Shown here one piece after another: positions 11,547 to 23,515 of a stretch of 64,000 nt of DNA. Source of the stretch: Epiperipatus broadwayi (Eukaryota; Animalia; Onychophora); NCBI GenBank assembly GCA_028023455.1, contig JAQFVV010000006.1, positions 19,716,001-19,780,000 of the forward strand. Reading direction: 5' to 3'. The number at the start of each line of letters is the position of its first letter. The stretch's first letter is position 1. The position numbers and the translations under genes are program-made. The notes beneath the pieces are model-generated. The model searched no databases and had not been told where the DNA came from. It saw nothing but the letters and a program-made list of their open reading frames with translations.

Positions 11547-14192
11547 TTAATCCAAACCGTCCTCAGCAAAGTGTACCAAGTCAATGCGGGACATCTCCAT
11601 GTTAATGAGGTCTGATGTTGTTTGGCAATCAGAGTCTTGTGATTGAATTTGTGGATGGATTGGTGATATAGTTGTTGGTTGAGGAAACGCATCCATGAAG
11701 TCTTCGGTGTCTGATGAAGTAGTGTAATCTGTCAGAGATTCGTCAGAAGGATCAATGGTATCAATGGTTGTAGGATCCATGGTTTTCCTCTTTTTTTCTA
11801 TGGATTTGCGAGGCTTTGTGCTTGACATATCTGAAATTTGTTTGTTAGAGGGTGGAGGTGAGTAATGTATCAGATGGGCGCTATCATCATCAGAGCTTGA
11901 TTTATCTGAACGAATTGATTTTCTTTTAATTTTCTTATTTGTATTTTGGGTATTTGTTGTGTCGGTTTTTTGAGGATTTTGAAGTTTAATAGTGTTTTTT
12001 TTCATTTTCCTGTTCTTTTGATAAAAGTGTTTTTTTATTGTTATAGGAATTTGTTTTAAATTTTAGACCTGAGTCATTTTCGGTTTGCTGTAACTGTTGG
12101 GAAACATTAACTATGCTGACTTTCGGATTGTGTGTTTGACAAGTCTTTTCATCTGGATGGTTAATTATTGCAGGAGTTGAAGAATTGGGGACAGTTTGTG
12201 GATCACTTTGTTTAGGTTTACTGGACTTAACTGACCCACATGAAGATGTATCAGTGGTTTTAGACTGGGTGGGAGTTGTTATGGATGGATTGTTTTGAAA
12301 TTTTTTGAGTGTATTTTCTTCATCGCTTGTATTTTCCTTGCTCTCATCAGGTGGTTTGGTCATATTGCCTTCTTTTGTATCAAGAGTTTGGCCTAGTATT
12401 GTTTCTCGGGGATTAGTATAATATGTATCGTATGTAAGATCTTTAGTCTTATCGGTTTGAGTGATTGGTTTAGGCGCAGTATATGTAATTACTTGGATCT
12501 CTGATTCACTACTATTAGTGTAGAGGTTGTCGTTTGTTCTTTCTTGAATATTTTCATTTTGAAAGATAGGTTTGGATGTGAAAGGTTTGTTGGAGGATTT
12601 ATTTGACTCAGGTTGTCTGGGTTTGTGAGGTTGCTGATTGAATTAGGCCCATGTGGTGGTTGTCTATTTAAGGATGTGAAAGCCGTGTTAGTAGGTCTAC
12701 CAGGACATCTGTGAACTTTATTCTTTTTAATACCACAGTGTGTACATATTCTTGCTGCACAATCTTTAATGAGGTGTGTTCTTTGAAGGCAGAAGAAACA
12801 TTGTGGATGTACTCCCCTGAAAGTCAAAACCATAGGAGAGCCTCTTGCAGTAATAATAGTGGGTATGTCAGTGGGTATAATGTTTTTCTTCAATGTAAGT
12901 GTGAAGATAACTGTATTGGACAGGATTTGATCTTCGCAGTGAGGGTTTAATAGGTGTTTAAATTTTCTAACTGAACCATAATTAATAAGGATGTCTTGTA
13001 GTTCTTGTTCTTTCAAGTGGGCAAGGCAGTTTTGGATTCTGCCAGATAGTGTAACAGGACGGTTCATATCTATGGAGCATAGTATAAAATTTCCTAAAGA
13101 TCTGTATTTATTTTTAAAGTTCATATGGTCCGCCCATGTTTTAAACTCAACGATAACATAGCGGTCATTGGGATGATTAAGAATCATATGAATGCCTCTG
13201 CCTAATTGTTTTTGATTGATTAGACTGTATAGCTGTTCTAGAGGGAACTTATATAGAGCACATTGTTGATTTGTTATAGCTAAGATTAACGATTTATCGC
13301 TGTAGTAGTTAGCAAACGATTTATATAGGCTATTGGGAATCGTTTTGTTGAACTCATTATTTATTTTTAGGAACATGTCGTCATTAAGTTCGTTTATATT
13401 AAATGAGACATTTTCCAAAGTGTTTGATTCTTGTTCTATGTCTAGTTCTGAGATATTCAAATATAGTTCATTGAAATTATCGGCCTTAATATTTTCGGAG
13501 ATGCTCTCAGAATTTTTAGACCTTACGATATTTGCGTACGTAGAAAAATTTTTCAATATTGGTATTGAAGAAATTGGATTAGATTGTAAGTTGGCTGAAG
13601 TAGCAATGGATTGTTCTGCGCTATAATCTTTGTTTGTTCTGGAATGTGATTTATCGGTTTTAAAATTTATTTCTTCTTTTTGATTTTTAAATTTACTGTT
13701 GACAAACTGTAATGTGACAGCACTGGTTTTGTCAACCTCTGGTGGAAAAGTTTTTACTTTAAAAAATTCGCCGAAATCATCTTGTCGGTAATTTTGTCTA
13801 TTATTATCAGATATGGTTTCCAGGGTATTATTGGGCAAAGTAAATTGCTCATTAGAGTCTTCTGAGGGTGCGTAAAGTCTTCGGAGAGGTGATGATTGGT
13901 TTTTGCTTGAATTTTTAAGAATTTCAATAGTTTCGTTTGATGAGATATTAATGCTATTACTTATATTAGGGGTAAGTTGAATATTTTCTAAACTTTTGTT
14001 GATATTTGTGATGCTGTTTTCTTTTGAAATATTGGTTTGTGGGTTTTTATTTGTTGTAGAAGTTATTTTGGATGAATTTAGATTAGATCTAAGACTACAA
14101 AATTTACGACCGATGACTGCATTGCTAGATTGAATGCTGAGATCGGGGCTAACCTTAATTTGCGAGTTATCGATTATATTATCACTTTCCAT
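11547..14192 (-). pseudogene. ORF1 (gag-like nucleic-acid-binding protein), about 880 codons, broken by two frameshifts
   Basis: Track ORFs 12489-14192, 11986-12363 (frame open back to ~12640) and 11547-12005 join through single frameshifts (one in the A8 run near 12000); CX2CX4HX4C knuckle CFFCLQRTHLIKDC plus a second degenerate CTHC...HRC; S/T/N/K-rich N- and C-terminal regions. Confidence 0.85.
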
Positions 14193-15101
14193 AATATATA
14201 ATGATTAAAACCGACTTACCTTGAATAAGAAATGTAAAGGTAAGGGGACAATCGTCCCTATCTTCCTGAAATTGAATCGCTAAGGGACGCTTTTTGTAAG
14301 ACCAGTTGCAAAGATCCTCAATTATAGTCTTTGGATAAAATCAATTGATATTCCATCTTTTTAGTGCATCTTTTAATATAAAAAAGAGAAACTATCTCTA
14401 CCAGATCTCTATCAGAAAAAATAATAGTTCAAAATAATTATTTACAAAGTCTGTTACCATTCACTGTTACATGTCCAATCCAATAAAGATGTAACTTTAA
14501 AAATAATAGTACATAGTATTACATCCTCCAAACTGAAGAGCATACCTATTAATTTTTTGATCTTTTCATCATATTTTTAGGTTCTTAAGTCTCATTCAAT
14601 GAAATTTTTTCAATGCCACTATACTATATCTATCAGAATTCTTTGTCTCACTTTCATACAATAAATGTATTTGAACTTGTTAAATGCAGAGACAATTTGT
14701 ACATCAACATTCAAATTCCTATTTCCCCTTTAAAACTATTAAAATATTGACACAAGTACAATTTACATCAAATAGATTTCAATCCCTATAAAAACAAATG
14801 TTAATGTGATTTATATTAAATAAAAAAAGAACTGTCAATACTAACAAAATAACATTTTTTTTTTAAATATAAAATATTATTTAAAACAAAGTCAAGTGCA
14901 ACAGCAGCATATTCAAATGCACGGCCTGTGTTCAAATCCAGAAGCAGCAAACTTTTTCAACAGTTTCAGGATTTTTTTTTTTCAGGCAGCTAATTATTAA
15001 TATGGGTGAGCAAAAGTGTACTTAGCTATTATTTATTAGAAAATAAAAACAGGAATGGAAAATCCATTCAAACTTTATCATTTGATAAATTGACAAACTA
15101 A

Positions 15102-15380
15102 GTGATGTGATGTGCCATGATGCATTGTGACTTCTCCTTATACGGAGTCAGGAATCTCTCAGCAACTATGCCCAGAGAAACCTGTTAGACACTTTGAACC
15201 CCTTTCCATTCCCCACCCCAAGTTTTCCTATATTCTTTTCAATCCTGCTCCATCCCATTTCCACAACATAATCTTTGTCAACTCCATGGCCTTTAATCTA
15301 AAACCCCCTTATCTTTTCCCAAACCCAGCATAAAATCTAATAAGCCACTTTCTGTATAATCACTTTGTTCATATTTATTA
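15102..15380 (-). mobile_element. SINE or LINE 3' end with (CATCA)n tail, copy 1
   Basis: Shares long blocks with 59626-59832 (GAATCTCTCAGCAA, CCCCTTATCTTTT-CCAAACCCAGCATAAAA, ACTTTCTGTATAATCACTTT); minus strand ends in CACATCACATCAC tandem tail. Confidence 0.6.
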
Positions 15381-17165
15381 CAAGAGACTGTTGGAGAGAC
15401 TTCTGTCTTTTATCATATATATTTTAATTAATGCAAAAATAGCCTCAAGAGCATTAAAATTTTATTAACGAGACAAAAAAAATTCTATCACTTCTCTTTC
15501 CAATGAGAGGAAGATAAAAACTTTTTTAAAAAATATTTTCAATGTGAAATTGCTTTTTTGCATCTTTAAAATTAATAAGATATTATATTACCCATGCTTT
15601 CATTATGCTGTTTAGGAGCAATTTTTTTTTCTTTCACCACAATTATGTCACTAGTGTAAGCTTTAATAATCAATAGATGCCAAATGGTGAAGCTTATTAA
15701 ATCACTATCCAGTACTGTCCTATTCAATATCCTCAGAGTACTATATAACAAAATATTTTTTAACTCAGACAAAAAATTATATCTGGGTGTCTACTGCTTT
15801 AAAAAGTTTATTGATTATTAAATTATTGAAGACTTAGAAAATTATTTGCAGATAATAATATATTTATTTATTGCTGCCAAAATACATCCTGTACAACTAG
15901 ACAAAAAAAAAAATTAAATGAATACACACATTTTTAGAATGATAATGAATAATTTACATTTCAAATTCAATTTTCATAGATATATTGATTACTGGTATTT
16001 ATTGTTTATTTATTAATTAAATTTAAACTAGATAGTGAAAGAGAGCTGTTCTTGTCAAGGCAAAGTGTTCATCATTATAAAAAAACAGATAGTCACTAAA
16101 CTAGGATCAAATCTATATAGCTATATGAGAGAGTTTATTTGAGCTCAATATTTTACTTTTTAAAAAATTTCAGGCTTAAATTGATAATTAAAAAAAGAGC
16201 AGATAATTGCCAGGCGTATAACTGCTGCAGTTTTGCTTTCCAACTTCTCAGGCAAAATCAAGAAATTGATCTGGGAATATGGAATAAAATGCACTACCAC
16301 TTGGTAATCATTGATTCCTCTAGCTTAGTGCTAGCTGTCTATGGCTGTTTTTGTATACATAATAATAGAAGTTAAAGAATTAAGTGATGTTTGTTGCTAT
16401 ATTGTCAGTTAATAATCATTTTTCTGATACTGTTTTAGAAAACTAAGAAAATAGAGAGTTAACAGTAAAAATTTTCATTCTTTTTTTTTTTAGCCATTAG
16501 TTTGTTTTTTTCAATAAAGAATTTTGTTTAATGTGAATTTTTTTTTTTTTATCTAGTTTAATAAAATACTAAGGCATACCCATGAGATTCGAGTGTCTTG
16601 CAATTTTTTTTTATCTTCTTTCACTTTGCTCAACTTAAATATTTAACCAGATTTGAAGAAGATTCTCAGCTTAGCAACAACTACACAATACCTTTGGGAC
16701 AGTAAGATGCAGATGCAAGGGTTATTTGCAAGTCATTAATACACATCCTATGTTTTAAAGAGAAATTTATTTCAGTTCGAAAAAATTAAAAAAATAAAAG
16801 AACACTAGAGGGCTCTGCATTACTTCTGAACTCTGATCTTAATTTATTTTATGATTTAGTGGAACAATTAATAGAACCAGAAAGATCTTAAAACCAAGAC
16901 AATAATAACTAAATGTGCAATGTTTTCTTTTTTAATTTTAAAAAGTATTTAAAACTTTATTCAGCTGTTGTTTCTTTTTGTTTAAATAATGGTGATAATA
17001 TTAATACCAAAATTTCAAAAACCTACGATATTAATTGCAACTAACACCACTGCAACTGATGACACTTTCATTGATATGCTAGCATAGCAATAACAGCATT
17101 TTACTTTTAACATGCTGTTATTATAATCATTCCAATATTTGGAAGTGTGAGATTCATTATAAAAA

Positions 17166-18260
17166 AAATGAAAGAACATTATGGAGTTGATGTGGTATCA
17201 GGCAGAAGAGCAAATTAACGGAAGATATCAAATGCAAATGATTCAGGTTTGTGTCCTACCAAGTTTTCATTGTGATGAAATAGAGGATTTTTATATGGAT
17301 ATACAAAAGGCCGTTGATTACATCAAACATTTTTAAAATTGTTAAGGGAGGCTTTAATGCTAGAATTGATAAACGCTTGAAAGATGAAAATGCTAAGAGT
17401 AAATATGGTTATGGTGATAGAACTAAGAGAGAACATAGACTTGTGGAGTTTGCTGAAAAAGAAAAACTTTATATTATGATTTTTTTCTTTGAGAAAAATA
17501 CTAAACAGAAAGGATATGGAAGCAGCCAAATGAAAGTACAATAGAATTGGATTATGTTTTGATTAATGGATAATATGTATATCAATGTTATTATGTTCTT
17601 AATAAATTTAACACAAAAAATTAATCATCAATTAATGAGAAGCAAGATATCTGTTAATGCAAAATTAAAGAGACAAAAGTTACCAAAAAAAAAAAAAACA
17701 ATATTCCGGGTTGATATTCCGAACCTTCAGAAACTTTCCAATGAATTTAAATTAGAACATGCAAATTGATTTTAATAGATTTTAAAGATGGTTTAGATTT
17801 AAAGAAATCAATAAAAGGATAACTGATATACTATTCAGAACTACAACAATGATATTCAATACAAAAAAGCAGCAACTGACCAGTAAAATATTTACTGAGA
17901 CAAAACAATTTATGAAGAAAAGAAAGAATATTATAAAATATAAAAATAATCCATTAAAAATTGAATATTTAGAGTTTTGTAAAATGGTACGAAAAAAAGT
18001 TAATAGCGATATAAGAAAATATAATTGTGAGTTATCAAGGAACGCTATAGAAGAGAATAAAAGTATCAAAAGCATAAAACACCATCTTGATAAATGAGAC
18101 CTGAAATTAAGTCTATGGAAAGGGGAAAAAAATTTCAGGAAATAATGCATTATAGTGGGTATCTTTAAAAAAAAAAGCAGATGGAGACCCAGAAAAATTG
18201 TTGGCAAAGTTATATAACAAACGACTAAATCAGGGATTGCCAATCTTTCCATATCCTAAA
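17166..18260 (+). pseudogene. Degenerate RTE-clade LINE, endonuclease/linker portion
   Basis: Frames give MIQV...DEIEDFYMDI, GGFNARID (GDFNA), KYGYGDR...RLVEFAEKEKLYIM..FF, typical of the RTE APE domain; many stops. Confidence 0.75.
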
Positions 18261-18547
18261 GTACATTCTAAAATACTGATAAAGTGGCGGGCATAGTCTT
18301 TTTTCAAAGCAAATTTATTGTATTGCATAGAACATTGTTAATAATATACAAGTGAAAGGAACTAAGAAATTATTTTCCTTTTACTTTCCCATAATAGTGA
18401 TATAATTATTTTTGGGTTTCTAATTTACAATTAGGTTATACAAAGTCTTCAGGTAAGTCTGACAATGCAAAATTTAAAGTTGTATTAAGATATTAAAACA
18501 ATTATTAAATATAATAACAAAAATAATATAATTCTCAACATTAATTG

Positions 18548-19600
18548 TCAGTGCAATCTTTGGCATTACATTTCATTCGCCAAGGCTTCATAATTAAGGC
18601 AGTATGATAATATTCTTGTTCATGAACAATCATCAAGATGTTCTCGGTGAATTAAGATCTGTATTTTAATTTTATAATATTCATGGTTGAAAACAAGGAT
18701 TCACAAAGATATATGGAACTGAAAAATGATTTTATCTTAGTATGCCACTTTTGTTAAAAATGAAAACTTCCTTCTGTCAACTAGATTCCATTTATTAAGC
18801 CAACATATTTCAATATGCAGAATGAGAGCATGTTCTTTATCTTCACCATCTGCTAATAGGGCCTTGAAAAGATTCTGCAAAGTAGCTGCTTGAAAAGAGT
18901 TGATTATGAGCCATACTTTACCATACAAAGTTTTTGATGAATAATACAATAGTAGGACATAAAGTTTGGAAATGATTCATCTTTCTTATAAAGGGCAATA
19001 AATCCACTGGTGCTGCATTGTTGGTTATAGCAAACAGCATGTATAAAAGCATATTTATCAATTTGGCATAGGTTGCAAATGTATTATTTATTACCTCACC
19101 CATTGTTGTCCTTTCATTGGTAATCTTCTTTAATAGTGAGTATAACATTCTCATCATAACTACTAACTGTGCTGTGTCTGATATGTCTGTTAACTCATCA
19201 AATTGTAGTGAAAACTACTCACAGATTTCCAAGTCACTCTTAATCTGAGTTTGAATGTCCATTGAAATTCTTTTTGTAACAGTGTTATTTGGCAACTGTA
19301 AATCTTATATTGCTAGTATAATCTCACGTTTGTTAGGCATCAGTTAGAAATGCTTCTTTTTATTAACTCACCATTCTAGAATGGCTGTATCCTTCTTTGC
19401 TAGCATGTGAAAATTTTTCAAAGAAGCAATGAGCATTTTTTAGATTTTTACACTTGCCTAGTGAATACCAAACTGTTGGACAGATAAGTTTGATTGTAAC
19501 TGAGTCATTCGTTTCTTCCTTACTTCAGATTGCAAAAGATAATGCATATCAAATGTAGCATAAAATGTTTGGAAGTGATGTTCAACATTGCCTTTTTTTT
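18548..19600 (-). pseudogene. hAT (GTF2IRD2/SPIN-like) transposase remnant with internal deletion
   Basis: Broken frames give KKGNVEHHFQT, GELIKEAFL, LQLPNNTVTKRI, FSLQFDELTDISDTAQLVVMMRM and C-terminal dimerisation motif SIYLCESLFSTMNIIKLKYRS...EHLDDC. Confidence 0.85.
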
Positions 19601-20177
19601 TGGTACTGCAATACTACCGCACAATAAGCAAACAGATTTATTTTTAAAATTAATGAAACAATAAGATTCCTCCCAATCATTGTTAATGTACACTCATTTT
19701 AGATTTAAAATAAATATATATTTAAATATAAAAAAGCCTGTTTTACACTGTACACATGTAAAATAGTACAAAATTAGTGAATGAGCAATGCAAATATGGT
19801 GTAAACTAATCTTACACATGATCACCAAAAATAGGGTCAAAACAAAGCATGCAACATTCACAAGTTAGAAATTGCATAGTTGATGCAACTCGTAGCTACA
19901 GTGTAAACTCTTATTGGCATGGAGATGGTGCTGTGTCTGTTATACATATATTTGATTTGATTTCTCATTTTATGTTATTAATTACCAATTGCTGATTTGT
20001 ATTGTATTGCTATTAGCTTTAAAAACATTACATCTGCATTACTGATACCAATGATCCCCCCTTTTTTCATTATTTGCAATGTTATAGGCTTTCTTGTGAC
20101 TGGTTAAAATGAAATTTAAATAAAATCTTTCCTATGGTTGTCAAATAGTGTGGGTGCACACAAATCAATCCACAGGC

Positions 20178-21507
20178 TGCCTAAATGACAAACATGTACT
20201 AGACGATTGGAAGAATGCAGTAATGATATTAATATTTTTAAAAAAAGTACTAAAGATACTTTTGAAATTACAGACCTATCAATCTTCTATCAGTTCTATA
20301 TATAATTTTTACCAAGATAATTACAATTCATCTACAGCAAAATTTGTATTTTAAGCAACCAAAAAAAACAAACTGGATTTAAAAATGGTTTTAGCAAAGT
20401 GGATCACATTCAAGTATTGAGCGAAGTTATAGGAAAGACTAATGAATACAAATTATCATTATGCTTTGGATTTGTAAATTATGAAAAGATATTTGATTCT
20501 ATACAATGACTAAAACATTGAATCAGCAAGATATAATAGATATTATGATATTTGAAAATTATTTATCAAAATGCAAAAACAATCAAAAGCATTACTATGA
20601 AGATTAACACTGAGAAGAGTGTATGACAGAGACTCCCTATCTCCAAAATATTTTATAGCAGTATTACAAGGAATATATTGTGCTTTAAAATGGAAAGCTA
20701 AGAGGGTAAAAAGTAAATGGACATTATATAACTCATTTAAATTTTCCAGATGATAAAGTTTTTATTGCAAATAATGTCAGAATTTCAGAAAATGGCACAA
20801 GAATTATCAAATGATAGTAAAAAAGTAGGACAAAAGATAAATGCTAACAAGACTAAAATAATGTTCAAAGGATTTTCTCAAGAGAAGAAAATAAAGATCG
20901 ATAATGCTGAATTATAAGAAATTAACTTATACCTTGGTGACATTATTAATATACATTGAAACATATTAGGTTAAATTAAACATAGATTAAACTTGGATGG
21001 AGTTATTTTAGCAGAAATAATATTAAATGGAAATATGCCTATATATTGAAAGGGAAGATTTTTAATAAATATTTTACTAGTTTTTGCTTATGGATTTGAG
21101 ACTTAAGACATTTAACAGAAAAACAATACAGAGACTTCACATCATTCAGCAAAGCATGGAGATATATATATATTAGGAGAAACAAGAAAGAATCAAAAAC
21201 TAAATAAATGACAGAACAATCAGGTACTAGACAGACATCTTAAAAGAATAAAGAGTGAAGTTAAAGCTGGGATGGACATTTGCTAGAAGAGATGGTAATG
21301 GGTGGACATTTGAAATCTTAAACAGGATTCCAAGAAAATTGTGAAAGAACTAGAAAGAGACCTCAAATGAGATAGATGTATGAAATAAGAAAGTGTGCTA
21401 CTGTGATATGGAGAAGACAGGTTAGAGAGCAAAGGAACTGGATTAAACTTAGAGAGATCTTCTTCTTGCAGTGTATCAATAATAGTGGAAAATTATGATG
21501 ATGATGA
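20178..21507 (+). pseudogene. Degenerate RTE LINE RT-to-3'-end copy (same family as 57364-58845)
   Basis: Collinear nucleotide similarity to the young copy (GATTGGAAGAATGCAGTAAT, AATTACAGACCTATCA, TTACCAAGATAATTACAA) and an (ATG)n tail at ~21495-21507. Confidence 0.9.
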
Positions 21508-23059
21508 CTATAATTAAAATTATATGCTTGATTATTTACAGATTATATGATATGGAGCAGTTAAGAAGAGATTTGAGCACAAAACTCCACTTGGAGATTT
21601 TCACACACACCATTTTACTCAAATGGGAATTGATCTAGGAACTTTAGTTATTGAGTCTACCAACCTCAAAGCACTAAATTGCACGGAATTATGCTAATCC
21701 ATAATAATCGAAATTCATTTAAAATAAACATATTTTAAATGTAAACGTGTTTATCATTTTTAGAATATACAAAAATTTTTTATCTCAATGATGAGTAAGT
21801 CACTGTACAAAAAGAATAAAGAAAAATTCATTATTCACTATCAAAAAGTTATTAACCAATTTGGTCAATAAATATCATTATTAAACAACTAATCTAGATA
21901 AACTTTAAAAAAATATCATTTTAACATATTTTTAAACAAGAGAAGTAGGTCAAAATTAATATGAATTTGAGTAATACAATATTCAGTTATTGCCAGTTAT
22001 AAATATGATACGTAATCTATTTAGTGTGCGTTAAATTTAATGTAGATGTGACTGGAGAACGTCTGAATATCAGTTATCATCTCCATTTTTTGTTTTCACT
22101 CTTACATTGTTCATATTACAGTTTCAGTTTGTTTTTTGTTCTTTTAAAACTATTGTCAACCAGAACAAATGCTAAGGCAAATAATCAATTCAATAAATAT
22201 GTTAGTAATACATTAATTAAATTTCTTATTTTAAGAATTTAAAGTTAAACTCTTACAAGTGATAGTTTAGTTTAAAACTCAATGATTGCATAAGCATTTA
22301 GATTTTAAAATTTGTTATATAACAATTTAGTTTTCAAATTTTATTAACTAATAAAAAATGAGCTTAAAACTGTGTGGCAATAAAAAAACAAATGATCCCT
22401 ATAATTAATGCTCATTGTCTCATTAGTTTAATAAAAGCAACAATTTTTTTTACAATCAAATTATTAGTAACAAATAAAAAATCTTTATATTTTAAATAAT
22501 TTTAAAAATCCTATACCATTTTTTAAAAATATTTTAATGTTGTAACAAGCATTCTATCAAAGCATTTAAAGCAATATTTAAAGAAAAATTAAATATCCAT
22601 TGTTATTTTTTAAATATAGTTCATTTTAAAAAACTATACCAGAGTTCTTTTTTTTTTTTTAAACTGTAATTTTCTATTTATTATAAAATAACTTATTTGC
22701 TTTTTTTTTTTAAACAAAATATTTTTAAGTTAAATAAACTCTAGTTCAGTTATCTTCAATCTTTTCACACCTGCTGACCAGGCAAAAATAAGGATAAGAT
22801 TTCGCGGACCAGCAGAAGTCTACAGATGAATTTTCTTAAAGATGTAAACTGCTTAGCCTTAGATGAGCATAATTATTATAACTGACCAAAACAACCCACT
22901 AGTTACTGTGTATTGTAATGATGTTGCTTACCTTCACATGCTGAACACTATTTCTCGAGTTGCGCAGTCATACTGCTGCAGAAAACCGTACAATAATAAT
23001 CATTCTCATTAATGTGCCTGCATTCCTACGTTTATTATTTCATTGTCTATGTGTGCGAA

Positions 23060-23515
23060 AAGGAAAGTGTTAAAAGAAATGTGCTTAACTGTATTTGAAA
23101 AGGAAAATTTTTTTAATATATACATTTTACCAGTTCTAACTATGGATCTGAGGCTTGGATCATTAATAGGAGAACAATATAGACTTCAGACCATTCAATG
23201 AAATAATATGTTAGGAGTAACAAAAAGAGATCAAAAATGAAATACACAAGTGATAGAAAAACACATCATTGAGAGAATTAAGAGACTAAAATGGAATTGG
23301 CTGGATATATTATTAGAAAAGATGATGGATAATTGAAGTTTTAAAGTGAATCTCAAGAACAAGATCTAGAATAAGATCATGTGAGATATATGGATGGAGT
23401 AAGGAAATTTGCTGGTTTGATGTAGAGGAGATTGTGAATCAGAGAAATTAGATTAAATTTGGAAGATCTTTATCGCATAGTGAATCGAAAGAGTTTGAAA
23501 ATGATAATGGTAATA
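23060..23515 (+). pseudogene. Degenerate RTE LINE 3' fragment
   Basis: Matches 58360-58820 (TTTTACCAGTTCT..CTATGGATCTGAG, AGACTTCAGACCA, GGAGTAACAA..AGAGATC). Confidence 0.8.

Larger units (their letters stand above)
8058..14313 (-). mobile_element. Full-length, inactivated L1/Tx1-type non-LTR retrotransposon (6256 bp)
   Basis: Flanked by identical 16-bp direct repeats ATCCTCAATTATAGTC (8042-8057, 14314-14329); 121-nt 5'UTR, ORF1 with CCHC knuckle, ORF2 with APE/RT/CCHC motifs, AATAAA (minus, 8077-8072) 14 nt before the 3' end. Confidence 0.95.

Noticed and set aside
11541-11692. Track start of the 705-aa ORF (MRFLNQQ...)
   Set aside because: Out-of-frame overlap with the ORF1 tail; the true ORF2 start is ATG 11540, which restores the KIAGINIRGIN endonuclease motif after a 1-nt correction
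9016-13626. Plus-strand ORFs inside the L1-like element
   Set aside because: Antisense shadows of the real coding frames; no motifs
14214-14222. ACTTACCT as a U1 snRNA fragment or U1-targeted insertion
   Set aside because: Match stops after 8 nt and lies inside the element, not at the TSD-defined target
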